A stretch of 63,985 bases of DNA, the filler included, from an uncultured bacterium (GTDB lineage Bacteria > Auribacterota > CAZIXI01): the NCBI GenBank assembly GCA_964543115.1. It is 6 parts of 6 records of this genome, joined end to end, with 100 filler letters (N's around TTAATTAATTAA, not from the genome) between each part and the next. Parts side by side here need not be neighbours in the genome. Positions count along the whole stretch, not along the records: positions 1 to 11,666 come from CAZIXI010000095.1; 5 more parts are not named here. One strand, 5' to 3'. This document shows, piece by piece, positions 1 through 10,400 of the stretch (its first letter is position 1; each line of letters begins with the position of its first letter). The notes beneath the pieces are model-generated. The model was not told the DNA's origin, ran no database searches, and saw only the letters and a list, made by a program, of their open reading frames with translations. Both the position numbers and the translations under genes were made by a program.

Positions 1-88
1 CTATTAAACCAACAATAAAAAACAGCCAGGAAACATAACTATCCTTACACCTTTTGTACTCAACACAATTAAGACACCTGTTTTTCAT
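1..88 (-). CDS. Hypothetical membrane protein, N-terminal fragment (runs off window)
   Basis: Own translation from ATG at 88: MKNRCLNCVEYKRCKDSYVSWLFFIVGLI, a CxxC...C motif then a hydrophobic helix; starts 4 bp after the upstream stop, same strand. Confidence 0.6.
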   Translation of the reverse strand, partial: MKNRCLNCVEYKRCKDSYVSWLFFIVGLI

Positions 89-92
89 CTCT

Positions 93-809
93 CTAATATC
101 CGGCAAATTTCTCTAATTTAATCTTCTCGTCAGCCAATTTAAGCTCATTCTTTAAAATGTCCAGCATACTTTTCACCATCAGCGGCGGCCCGCAAATATA
201 AAAAATCCGCTCAAGATAATCCGGGATCTCCTCTCTGATCATCCGGCCGTCAATACAGCCCGTGCGGCCGGACCACTTTTCCCTTGCCGGATCACAGGCC
301 AGGAGACTATAAACAACCCGAATATTATCAGCATTCGCCTGTAACTCGTCAAAATCATTACGAAAGACAATATTTCTCTGGTTATTATTCCCGTAGAGTA
401 AAACTACATCAGTCCCCAGCTTTTTATCCGCAATATACTTACAGATACTGCGCACCGGTGTGATCCCGATCCCCCCGGAAAGAAAGGCAATTTTTGGATA
501 TTCTCCGCCGAAGGTAAACACTCCGCCGGGCAGCTTGAGCCGCGCCCAGTCACCTACTTTTATTTCTGCCAGGGCCCGCGAAAAATCACTTCCCGTTAAT
601 CTCTTGGTAAATTCCACGTATCCTTGTTCGGTAGGTGAATTAGAAAAGGAAAATGGTTTTGTCTGTTCTTTCTCCCCCACCTTTATTGTCAGCAGAAAAT
701 ACTGGCCCGGCCTAAAGCTAACCTCGTCTTTAAGTTGAAAACGGAAACTTCTAACATCTGAGGTCCGGGAGATTATCTCGGTTACTTTTGTCTCAAACTC
801 TATCATCAC
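93..809 (-). CDS. FAD/NAD(P)-binding oxidoreductase, ferredoxin-NADP reductase (FNR) superfamily
   Basis: Motifs FRPGQY, KPFSFSNSP, FLSGGIGITP, YICGPP and terminal EKF. Confidence 0.92.
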   Translation of the reverse strand: MMIEFETKVTEIISRTSDVRSFRFQLKDEVSFRPGQYFLLTIKVGEKEQTKPFSFSNSPTEQGYVEFTKRLTGSDFSRALAEIKVGDWARLKLPGGVFTFGGEYPKIAFLSGGIGITPVRSICKYIADKKLGTDVVLLYGNNNQRNIVFRNDFDELQANADNIRVVYSLLACDPAREKWSGRTGCIDGRMIREEIPDYLERIFYICGPPLMVKSMLDILKNELKLADEKIKLEKFAGY

Positions 810-1324
810 TACTCCTGTTCGGTTAAAACAATATGATCGGATTCAATTTCCATTAAGGCCTTAAAAAACTCCTTTATCTCCGCCTCCGGCACCTCCGCCC
901 GGGCCTCGCCATAAAACTTCACTGCCCTTCTCTCCCGCCGGTTGGCCTCAGCGATATTCTCTTTATCATCAGCCACTGCCTTATCCTTCCCCGCATCTGA
1001 CTCCGGTTTCTGAATCTGCAGATGTTTGCAGATAGCCGAGGCATGTTCCCGCTCGATTTTAGAAAGCCCCTTGAACATACTCTGCACCTTAACATCCCCG
1101 GAAAGCTCAGTTATTGCCCGGTAAAAATTAGTATTATCAATCTCCAGCTCCAGGGCCTTCTGCAGATTCCCTTTGGCCTGGTCGGAAAGAGCGGCCGCCC
1201 GTAGTAATTTCCACTCCTTGACCGGGACAAAATAGTGCTCATGCGCCCCGCAAAAAGGACAGCTCTTGGGCTTTTCCGGCCCTAAATAAACCTCACCACA
1301 AATACAACAGCGATAAACATTCAT
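809..1324 (-). CDS. Rubredoxin-like domain fused to ferritin-like domain (reverse rubrerythrin-like)
   Basis: CxxC-x12-CPFC at N-terminus, ferritin-like ExxH motifs (EREH, ESDH); ATG at 1324 has AGGAGG 8 nt upstream. Confidence 0.85.
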   Translation of the reverse strand: MNVYRCCICGEVYLGPEKPKSCPFCGAHEHYFVPVKEWKLLRAAALSDQAKGNLQKALELEIDNTNFYRAITELSGDVKVQSMFKGLSKIEREHASAICKHLQIQKPESDAGKDKAVADDKENIAEANRRERRAVKFYGEARAEVPEAEIKEFFKALMEIESDHIVLTEQE

Positions 1325-1339
1325 AAACAATTCCTCCTG

Positions 1340-2074
1340 TTAATGAATAAATTTAACCAGGGCCATAAAAAGAAGCCCAACAACAAAAGATACAAAGGCC
1401 ATATTAGCCCGTTTATCATTTTTTTGCCGATGCAGTTCCGGAATTAAATCAGAAGCGGCGATATAGATAAATCCACCCGCGGTAAATGAAATTAAAAAAA
1501 CCGATATATTCTCGGTAATATTAGACAAGAGATACCCCAACAGGGCTCCCAGAATAGCGGCCAGGCCGCAGACAAAATTACAGAACAGGGCCTTCATCTT
1601 ACTGAACCCGCCGTAAACCAGGATGCCGAAATCTCCCATCTCCTGCGGAACCTCATGAAAGATCACCGCCAATGTGGTCACCACCCCCAATTTGATATCG
1701 GTCATGAAGCTAGCGGCAATAATCATCCCGTCAGTAAAGTTATGCACCCCGTCACCGATCAGATTAAGATACGTGAAGCTATGAACGTCACAGACACCGT
1801 TATGGCAGTGCCGCCAATAGAGATAACGCTCCATAAGGAAAAAAAGAGCGAACCCAATCAGGGCATAAATAAACACCAAATCACCGCCGCACTTCTCCAC
1901 CGCCTCCGGCAGAAGATGAAGAAAGGCGCCGCCGATTAATCCCCCGGCCGCAAAACCCACCAACAGGATTAAGATCCTGTCCAACAGAGTGGTTTTGATC
2001 CCAAAGGTAAAAATCCCGATAAGCGAAATAACACTAACCAGCACCGTGGCCAACAAAATCCAAACAAGAATCAT
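1340..2074 (-). CDS. ZIP family zinc/divalent metal transporter
   Basis: AFLHLLPEA, His-rich loop RHCH, GDGVHNFTDG, HEVPQEMGDFG, AGGFIYIAASDLIPE; start moved to ATG 2074 (GGGGAG RBS). Confidence 0.93.
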   Translation of the reverse strand: MILVWILLATVLVSVISLIGIFTFGIKTTLLDRILILLVGFAAGGLIGGAFLHLLPEAVEKCGGDLVFIYALIGFALFFLMERYLYWRHCHNGVCDVHSFTYLNLIGDGVHNFTDGMIIAASFMTDIKLGVVTTLAVIFHEVPQEMGDFGILVYGGFSKMKALFCNFVCGLAAILGALLGYLLSNITENISVFLISFTAGGFIYIAASDLIPELHRQKNDKRANMAFVSFVVGLLFMALVKFIH

Positions 2075-2171
2075 CTTTAGACTCCCCGCATTATAGAAAT
2101 TATTAACTTGATATATTATCATATTTGGAGAGCAAACCGAAGTGTTTTATCATGAATGAAACAGGGGGCTA

Positions 2172-2543
2172 TTACATACTGCTGTCAGTTTCTCTGTCTG
2201 CAGCAGCATCTTCAGACAGGGAATGAAAATTATTTTTTAGATTAGTCAAATCACTGCTAAGATCATCGTAGCGGCGATTAACACTAATTAACTCTCTGAA
2301 CCAATTAAGCATAGCAGGATTACCCCTCACCAATTCAAATAAGCGGACAATGTTTATTTCACGGCCAATCAATAGATCCAGCATATTTTCAATCAACCCG
2401 CCGCTATCGTCATAATACAAATGTCCAAGATAAATTCCCTTCAGGAGAGCCCGGAATTTAGCCAAACCATCCTCGCCCGCTTCACAGGCCAGTGTCAGTA
2501 GATCAACGTCGGGGGCGGAATGTTCTTCAAATTCCACCCTCAT
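2172..2543 (-). CDS. Hypothetical acidic cytoplasmic protein
   Basis: 123-aa ORF 9 bp downstream of the 1340-aa gene, same strand; no recognised motif. Confidence 0.6.
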   Translation of the reverse strand: MRVEFEEHSAPDVDLLTLACEAGEDGLAKFRALLKGIYLGHLYYDDSGGLIENMLDLLIGREINIVRLFELVRGNPAMLNWFRELISVNRRYDDLSSDLTNLKNNFHSLSEDAAADRETDSSM

Positions 2544-2552
2544 TTTCCCAGC

Positions 2553-5500
2553 TTACGCTTGGCGGTAGATTTCCTTTGTTTTGGGCGGAACCTCATAATT
2601 TTTCTTAATCCCCGGCCTTTTGGTTTTCGTTAAGAGAGTATTCACGGCTTGATAATAGGCCTCTGTTTCTGCCTGTAAGGCAGCAGCCGTGTTGGTAATA
2701 TCATTTCTAGCCTTTACACAGTGCATATAATTAGCCATTAAAACATAAGTAATCCCGGCAAGAGTAAAACTTTCACCCTGATAAGTTTTTAACATTCTTA
2801 TTACTTCATGTATTGGCGTACCGCGCCTCAACGTGACAATGGATCCAGCTATAGTTAAATCCAAATCATTGGCGGCAATAAGCGGGACAATCATCCGCTC
2901 CACCCAGTCCCAGTACCTTTCTTCCCATTCTTCTAGGCATTGTCCGCTTGTTCTGTTATATATTATTCTGGGCAGCAAAATATCCACACTGTTGTCACTA
3001 CCCACGGAATTACCGCCTAAACGCGAAGCGGCAATCTTACAGCCGGCCTCGTTTGCTTCATGAATGGCCAAACTGGCCGCCTCAGCATGTGTCGGATAAA
3101 TAAGCACATCACTCACCAGCTGCACGGGAAAATCCTGCAGACAATAAACTCCTACCCCCGCACCAAATCTCCCTCGCATATCCTGCCGATAGAACCTCGT
3201 CAATACATCCTTCCCGCTGCCGGCAGCGGCAAAATCCAGCAATTCTTCAATCACAAAACAGTATTTCCGCAAATCCACAACTATTTTCAATTGCCCGTCA
3301 CGCAGCAATTCTCGTATTATTTCTCTTTCGTCAACTGTCAGCCTACCGGCTTTTAAGAGCTTAACAAAATCTTTCGCCATATCCCCCTGTCCCGTGGTCG
3401 CGATCACCAAAACCCAATCCTTATGCTGCGGCAGTTTTTCTAAAATAAATTTCCTTAACACCCCGTATCCTTTGGCCCTGGCTATCCGGCCGGAATAACA
3501 CATCACTTTTTTGCCTTTCACTATCCCCAAACTATCCCTAAACCTCTGCTTGGTTAATTGCCTGTCTTCAGCCCTCAGTTGTTTTCCCCTCGCATCTTCC
3601 AGCCTGAACAATTCGTGCCAGGCCTCATTATCCACCACCCGGCTGTCCCCCGGCGGAAAACTGATAGATTCCATCCACATATTTCGCGTTTGTTCACTAC
3701 AAAAAATAAACTTGTCAAATGCTGCCAGTAATTCATTAAATTCCGTATGCAGCATAATAACCAAAGGAACATAGCCCTTAATCTTCTCCAGAATGGGGGT
3801 TAGATCAGTCGGGCTGCTTGCTGAATTAAATAATCTATTAAGATCATCTGCATTGAGCCGGTCTTGCGGCTTAACCTTTCTATCGTCCAGGGCCACTATT
3901 TTCCTGAGTACTTCCTGACCTTGTGAAGACAATCGCTGCTGCAGATCCACTAGAGACAGGCTATTGGCAGAATAATCATTAATCACTGTCAATATTGTTC
4001 TCATTGCATCAACCTCATCATCGTTAAACTTATAAACGGTACCGGGATTCAGATGAAAATGAAGCACAAAGCGGATATCTTTTATTTCATCAAAATATTC
4101 ACGATAATTTCTGATCATATCGCTGCGTTTCTGGCTGCTGCTGATCCCCTGCGTTTCCAGTTCACCTTCGGGCACAACCGCGACCGTACCTTCTTCCGCG
4201 CTTACTCCTTCAACAAGATAACGCTTTCTTACTCCATCTTCTTCCTCCACCCAGTAACTGACACCACCCTCACTTTCCAGCCAGCCATTGGCAAAATCTT
4301 TTATCAATATATTATCCGACCCGGCTAACGGCCTTATCTCGGTTACTCCCAGATTACTATCATAGCGGACAATCTCAAATACTTTTTCATCACTTAATCT
4401 ATACAAGAGGCGTCCCTCAAAAATAAGCCTGATAACCTTCATAAAATAATATGCCTCCCGCACATCATGCAAGCTGAATGTTCTCTTGCCCCTTAAAGCA
4501 CCACGATCCCCAAGTTCCCGCAGCAACTGCGCCACCGCCAGCATGCTGGTGGCTCCTTCTACGGGGGTACCCTTTAGTTTTGTTGTTACCAGATGATAAT
4601 ACTCATAATACTCCCCCCGAAGAACCCGGAGCAATAACTTAGGGGGGAAATTACTTTTGAGATTAAACAACGATCTACTAACCCCCAATAAATTGCCAAA
4701 CCTTCTACCCAGGGCACTTCGCCCCAGCCCATTAATATTCGTATCCGAACTGCATAATCTCACCCATTCACTCTTAGCCGTTTCCAATTTGTTTTGCAGA
4801 TAAGGATAATCAGACTTCAGTCCATCAAGAAAAGCCTTCATCTCAGCATGCCTAAGAGTTCCCCCGCGGGCCAGCACTTGTTTCTCCAACAAAAAACTGG
4901 TAATCCTGATCAGGGTCGAGGTATTGATCCCTCTTAAATTGCGGTTTTTAAGCATCAACTCCGCCAGCACGAAACTCTGGCCATTCATCGTCTCGGCAAC
5001 CGGAATACCAAACTGTGTAACAATTACACCAGCGGGAAAGATCCTTTCCACTATCTCTTTGGCAATTCCTCGCTTACGATCGATAAGATCTTTCCTCTGG
5101 CTAAACCATAGATCATGAGGATCAATAAGAAGATCTTCCAGGACAGATAGACTAGTATTACTGATTCCACTAGTCAATTCACTTTCCAGGGCAGCACTAC
5201 TCGCTCCCAGGGCATTGTTCCAGTGATAATGCAAAAGAACTTCCCTCAATCCATTATAAGAACTCTCACCTAATCCATATTTCCATTGCTGTGGCAATTG
5301 AGAAACAATGAATAACCGGCTGGCTTCCTTTTTCACTTCCTCCTTATTTTCTTCTGTGGGACTATCCAGGTATTCCTCTAACAAAACAAATAGATCAGCC
5401 AGAAGATTGTCTTTCTCTACCTCATATTCCATAGTCAACATTTCTTCTAACTCACCTGTTAAAGAAGAGAACTCTCTTATCCTTAACGTAAAATAATAGT

Positions 5501-6575
5501 ACACCAAATCTCTGATCCTTTCTATGTCCGGCAAACTCAAAAGATTACTCTCAGTTAAACACTTGAGCAAATACTCCAGTTTCTGCTGCTGCTGAACGGC
5601 CCGGTCAAACGATTCTTTTTCCTCAGCACCAAACACCTGTTCGGTAAACTGATCAACTTGATCATGGGTGTACCCGGCAGCTTCACAAGATTCATGAAAT
5701 ACCGCCCTGGCCAAATGGCGGATCAAATCAGGACTGAGGAAAAATTCCTTCGTCAACGAAATCTCAATATCCGTCTTTTCTTGCAGACGTCGCCAAAAAG
5801 CCAGCATGAAGTCATCATCACCATTGTAGATACCGGGAAAAGAACTATAATAAACTTTATTTAAAAGCGGTTCTATTTCTTCCCATACCTCTGCCGGAAT
5901 CTTACCATCAGCCTGTAACTGAAATATATCACCAATGGCCTTCCACAATAAATCTCCCTCCGCCTCATTAAGCGGCTCAGTTTCTACTACCGGCACCCTG
6001 GCCAGGGCCGCAGGCGTATGTAAAAAACCCCAATATTGTTTGCCCAATATCCATACATTGCTTAAAAATTGATCTGAACATTTCAAGAGATCAATATCAT
6101 CTTCTTCAAGCCCCAGCACTGTCAAGGCACTGGCAGGCAACAAAGAAAGATCCCGATCGGCAAAGACCACCTGGCGCGCCAGTCCATTAAAACTGATATT
6201 AATAAATTTCAGGCTGGTTCCGGAAACTTTATCAGAAGTAAATCTACGCTGAAGGACCCGGCAATTAACGGTTTTTAGACTATCATTGATTGCTTCAATT
6301 TCCCGGCGCATGGCGGCAGCAGCTCTGTCAGTCATAGATAAGGATTTAAGTCTGCGCAAGGCCTTGGCAATTAACAGCCCGGCCTGAAAGGTGCCGGTAA
6401 AAGGCTGCTCATACTCTTCCGTGGCCTGAGATTCTAGAAACAGCTGGAATCTACTGGCAGGACCTAATTTATCCCCCGGATCAGAATATAGTGAAGCGGC
6501 AAATGAGAGGCTATTAAAAGGAAAGATTACAATATTAATATATAGAAATATTTTAAAAAACCCATTTATTTTCAT
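2553..6575 (-). CDS. Large secreted multidomain protein with C-terminal GT-B (GT4-like) glycosyltransferase domain
   Basis: Signal-peptide-like N-terminus ending SFA; HESCE motif; C-terminal YSGRIARAKG and IYPTHAEAASLAIHEANEAGCKIAASRLGG matching the GT4 E-x7-E nucleotide-sugar motif region. Confidence 0.75.
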   Translation of the reverse strand: MKINGFFKIFLYINIVIFPFNSLSFAASLYSDPGDKLGPASRFQLFLESQATEEYEQPFTGTFQAGLLIAKALRRLKSLSMTDRAAAAMRREIEAINDSLKTVNCRVLQRRFTSDKVSGTSLKFINISFNGLARQVVFADRDLSLLPASALTVLGLEEDDIDLLKCSDQFLSNVWILGKQYWGFLHTPAALARVPVVETEPLNEAEGDLLWKAIGDIFQLQADGKIPAEVWEEIEPLLNKVYYSSFPGIYNGDDDFMLAFWRRLQEKTDIEISLTKEFFLSPDLIRHLARAVFHESCEAAGYTHDQVDQFTEQVFGAEEKESFDRAVQQQQKLEYLLKCLTESNLLSLPDIERIRDLVYYYFTLRIREFSSLTGELEEMLTMEYEVEKDNLLADLFVLLEEYLDSPTEENKEEVKKEASRLFIVSQLPQQWKYGLGESSYNGLREVLLHYHWNNALGASSAALESELTSGISNTSLSVLEDLLIDPHDLWFSQRKDLIDRKRGIAKEIVERIFPAGVIVTQFGIPVAETMNGQSFVLAELMLKNRNLRGINTSTLIRITSFLLEKQVLARGGTLRHAEMKAFLDGLKSDYPYLQNKLETAKSEWVRLCSSDTNINGLGRSALGRRFGNLLGVSRSLFNLKSNFPPKLLLRVLRGEYYEYYHLVTTKLKGTPVEGATSMLAVAQLLRELGDRGALRGKRTFSLHDVREAYYFMKVIRLIFEGRLLYRLSDEKVFEIVRYDSNLGVTEIRPLAGSDNILIKDFANGWLESEGGVSYWVEEEDGVRKRYLVEGVSAEEGTVAVVPEGELETQGISSSQKRSDMIRNYREYFDEIKDIRFVLHFHLNPGTVYKFNDDEVDAMRTILTVINDYSANSLSLVDLQQRLSSQGQEVLRKIVALDDRKVKPQDRLNADDLNRLFNSASSPTDLTPILEKIKGYVPLVIMLHTEFNELLAAFDKFIFCSEQTRNMWMESISFPPGDSRVVDNEAWHELFRLEDARGKQLRAEDRQLTKQRFRDSLGIVKGKKVMCYSGRIARAKGYGVLRKFILEKLPQHKDWVLVIATTGQGDMAKDFVKLLKAGRLTVDEREIIRELLRDGQLKIVVDLRKYCFVIEELLDFAAAGSGKDVLTRFYRQDMRGRFGAGVGVYCLQDFPVQLVSDVLIYPTHAEAASLAIHEANEAGCKIAASRLGGNSVGSDNSVDILLPRIIYNRTSGQCLEEWEERYWDWVERMIVPLIAANDLDLTIAGSIVTLRRGTPIHEVIRMLKTYQGESFTLAGITYVLMANYMHCVKARNDITNTAAALQAETEAYYQAVNTLLTKTKRPGIKKNYEVPPKTKEIYRQA

Positions 6576-6619
6576 ACTTACCCCAACGAAATCGAGCCGT
6601 GCGCGTCCTGCCCTGTAAT

Positions 6620-6648
6620 AATATACACTATAAATAGGTATTTGTCAA
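6620..6648 (-). promoter_or_regulatory. Sigma70-type promoter for the 1340-aa gene
   Basis: TTGACA-17 bp-TATATT on minus strand, 45 bp upstream of ATG. Confidence 0.7.
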
Positions 6649-6748
6649 CAGCATGAAGCTTAATGTGTTTATTACTAGGAACTTACAGTGCATTGCTTAA
6701 AATAGTAAGGCAAAAAAAGAAAAGAAACAAGGGGGGAACCGCAGTGTT

Positions 6749-7162
6749 TTATTCTATCGAAGGGGCAACAACATCGTAGCTGATACCGTTCCATTGCAGC
6801 TTCACGGTCACATTACTAAAGCCATTATCAGCAAGCTCAATCGTCTCTCCGTTCAGCAATGTCCATTCACTCCAGCCGTCTTTATCCCAGAGGTCGCCGG
6901 CTGAGCGATAGAGATAGAGATTAAGGGAACTTATCGTTCCGGCAGGTAAACCAGAAAAGCGGCCCAGGGCCGCGGCTGACAGGGTTGCGGAATCATCCTG
7001 CAGGGTAATCGTTATTCCGGAAAGATTACGTTCTATTTCAGTACCTTCTTCATAAACAAACTTAACCCTTTGTACCTCATATTGATAATCAGTACAAAAC
7101 CCCGGAAACGCAATGAGTAGAGGGATTATCAAACCTAAAATAACAGCAACAGCAGTTTTCAT
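6749..7162 (-). CDS. Hypothetical secreted protein
   Basis: Signal-peptide-like N-terminus; ATGA overlap with the upstream small ORF. Confidence 0.75.
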   Translation of the reverse strand: MKTAVAVILGLIIPLLIAFPGFCTDYQYEVQRVKFVYEEGTEIERNLSGITITLQDDSATLSAAALGRFSGLPAGTISSLNLYLYRSAGDLWDKDGWSEWTLLNGETIELADNGFSNVTVKLQWNGISYDVVAPSIE

Positions 7163-7365
7163 AGATCACCCCTTCCCGCGTAATTTTTTAGATTAACTAA
7201 CTGTAGAACATCCGCGTTATCAGCTGCTAAACTTTGTTGTTCAGTCTGAGAGCCTGATTGGGCCACCTGCTGGAAAGATAAATCAATCGAGGCGGCTTGG
7301 ATAGGGCCAGTCAGCTCCAATAGCTCTTTACCGGCAAACACTCTTATTTCAGGTTTTAGATACAT
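7159..7365 (-). CDS. Small protein, possible peptide precursor
   Basis: 68 aa with own promoter, GGAG RBS and translational coupling to next gene; N-terminal YLKPEI...G...LTG. Confidence 0.7.
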   Translation of the reverse strand: MYLKPEIRVFAGKELLELTGPIQAASIDLSFQQVAQSGSQTEQQSLAADNADVLQLVNLKNYAGRGDL

Positions 7366-7385
7366 AATTACTCCAATTTGGAGTT

Positions 7386-7414
7386 ATTATATAACCATTG
7401 CACAAAAAAGTCAA
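7386..7414 (-). promoter_or_regulatory. Near-consensus sigma70 promoter
   Basis: TTGACT-17 bp-TATAAT; palindrome ACTCCAATTTGGAGT at 7370-7384 overlaps the start site and RBS. Confidence 0.8.
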
Positions 7415-7481
7415 GCACAAATCATGCTATATGCTCTTCTATCTAATAATGATAAATAAAAAGGGAAGGAAAAACAATATT

Positions 7482-10400
7482 CTATTCTTGCACCCTTATA
7501 CCTTTAGTGCAGCTGCCCCCGGCCCAGTGTAATGCACCGGAATCCCAGTAAATGGCCCGTTCGGCAACAATACCCACACTATTGGTACTCTCTACCTTGA
7601 AGCCAAAGGCGGCGGCGGGAAGAATACTGTTTAGGTATATAGTAGTTCTACTTTGTGGAGCGACGGTAACCTCGTGTGTGGATACCGTATCGTCATCCTG
7701 CATCAAGGTAATTGTCACATCCGCTGTACTGGCTGTACCAGGATTATAAAGAAATAACCAATCAGTAAAACTCTCTGAGGTATATCCTTCGGCAAAATAC
7801 CAGATTGTCCCCGTAGCAGGGGCACCAAGACTACAACTGCTGCCGGCCCAATTAATAACTCCCGCGTTCCAATACAGGGACCGTTCGGCAACTATCCCCA
7901 CTCCATTAGTACTGGTCACGGTAGCGGCAACCCCACGATCGTTTATCAAATCGTTCACCCTAATTGTCCTCCGGCTTTGCGCCGGAATAGTAACACTTTC
8001 TACTTCTGTTGTCCCATCACTTTTCACATATGTTACCTGGACATCGGCGCTATCACTACTATGGGGGTTTAACAACATCAGATACTCATAAAACCCATTG
8101 ACCGTCCGTCCTTCAGCAAAATACCAGCTAGTGCTTGTAGCGGTTGCCCCTAAACTACACTGTCCGGCCATCAGGGCATTACCGTTGGAATAATGATACA
8201 GCGCCCGCTCCACTACAATCCCCACATCACCAGAACTCTCCAATTTAATGCCTACTTCACTGTTGCTAATATAATCATTTACATGTACACTCACCCGGCT
8301 GGTCGCCGGAACAGATATAGTTTGCGTACCAGCCAGACCATCTGCCGTCATTAAGCTCATGGTTACTTCAGTCGCCGCATCATTCGGATTAAGGATTAAT
8401 ACCCATTCATTAAAACCTGTACCAGTACAGCCTTCAGCCAGGTACCAGGTAGTGGCTGTTCCCTGATAACCAATGCCACCATGACCCCCGCCACTAGGAT
8501 TATTTACTATATCCCAATACATAGCGCGTTCGGGATAGATATTTTCATTTCCGCTTACGGTTAATTTAGCGCCGATGGCACTATTGGTAACGAAATCATT
8601 CACCCGCAGGGTATACCTGCTTTGTGCGGGGATGCTTATTGGATCTACGGTTTCTGTGGTTCCATCTCCAAACATAAACGTCGGAGTTACTTCTACCGCG
8701 TTTTCATTGGGATTAAGCATTATGAAGAACTGAGTAAAAGGTGCTGCAGTTGTCCCTTCAGCAAAATACCAGAAACTGGTATCAGTATCTTCTTCAGTAT
8801 CTTCTTCCGTGGCAAAAGTTTCATTATCTCCATAAACTGTCCCTTCACTATTAGTGGCATAGGCCCTAACATAATAGGTGGTTCCGGGGCTTAAGCCGGT
8901 TAGACTACTGGTAAACGATCCCGTACCGGTACCATCTGAAGTCCTGCTGTCAGCTATTGTCGGATTTTGCGATGTACTCCAGCAGACACCCCGGGCGGTT
9001 ACACTGGCGCCACCATCTGCCGTTACAGTACCGCCGGAACTCGCTGTGGTGGCTGTAACTGAAGAGACAATCGTTGTCGTTACTGTCGGCGTAGTAATTA
9101 CTGTTGTAAAAGTCGTACTTGATGCAGAAATAGCATTATCCCATACATCTTCTACTGTTGCGCCTATAGCCGCGTAGACAACTTGTCCGTTTGAAAAGTC
9201 GCTTGTTGGATTTATGGTAATCAAAGTTTTGCCGGCGTTAATTGTAGTATCAAATGCAATATCATCTCCGCTTGCATTATTTTCTTTAAGAGTAATCAGA
9301 GAATCCACATTGGAATCAGTCAATGCTGAATCATCCAGATTTCTTACTGCTTCATTAAAGGTTATGGTTGGATTAGTAGCTAGGGCAACATCCGTGGCGG
9401 CATCAAGCGGACTAAAAGTTACCGTAGGGGATATCAAATCAGCCTCACTCCCCCAGGTAAGCTCATTATCTGCTTGTCCGCCCATATTGGCATATTCGAA
9501 TTTAATCCAATCACCACTTCTGTCGGTGCTTGAGACACGAACCTCATCTATTATTCCCCCAAAAAATCTGTCGGCCATAAAACCGCCGGCGCTGTTTTCT
9601 TCCGCTCCTAATATTAATGGGCGCGAATTTGTTTGGGGCGTTAAGGAAGGCGAACTGGTAGTATCCTGTGAACCATTATGATATGTTATTCGGGCTGTTC
9701 CATTGTATGAAAAGACCACATGATACCAGTTGTCTTCTGAAATCTTACCTGCGCTGCCGTCTAGGCCTGACCGAGTACCATTTGTCCATTTTATTGGCTG
9801 GTGCATATAATCGGCATTAATAACTTGTGATTCATAATTTTCTGCTGCATCATATCCTTTTGCTATAACCACATCTAATGATACAGCATTTACATTAATC
9901 CACGCTTCTATAGTAAGTGATGTAAGGTCCAGGGAATTGTGGTCATCAATGCTTATGTAATCCGCATCCCCATTAAAGTCCATGGCCTTTCCTATCTTTC
10001 CATCTTCCTGGACTGTATCACCATCTGCATCTGTCAGCTGGCCATCATTATCATTAGCGGTAGAATCCTGATAAAAATCCGCGTCAGTACTGTTTCCATC
10101 ACCTAAATGCCATACTCCTTTATAGTTGCTATCCCACACACCAGTCGCGTTGCTGCCATCTGAATCACCTGCTTTGCCATAATAGCAATAGATTGTAGCG
10201 CCACTAGCGCTAGTGAGGTCAACCTGCACCCAGTAGTTCCCTGTGGCGGATCCTCCGGATATAGTCATTCTCTCTTCTTCATAAGGCAGGACATTGTCAC
10301 TTGTATCTGTAAAACGAATATCATTGTAATTGGTTGTATCTTGCATATTACCACCAATATCCGTGTCAGAATTTATGTAAATGTAGACTGGGAAATCGGT

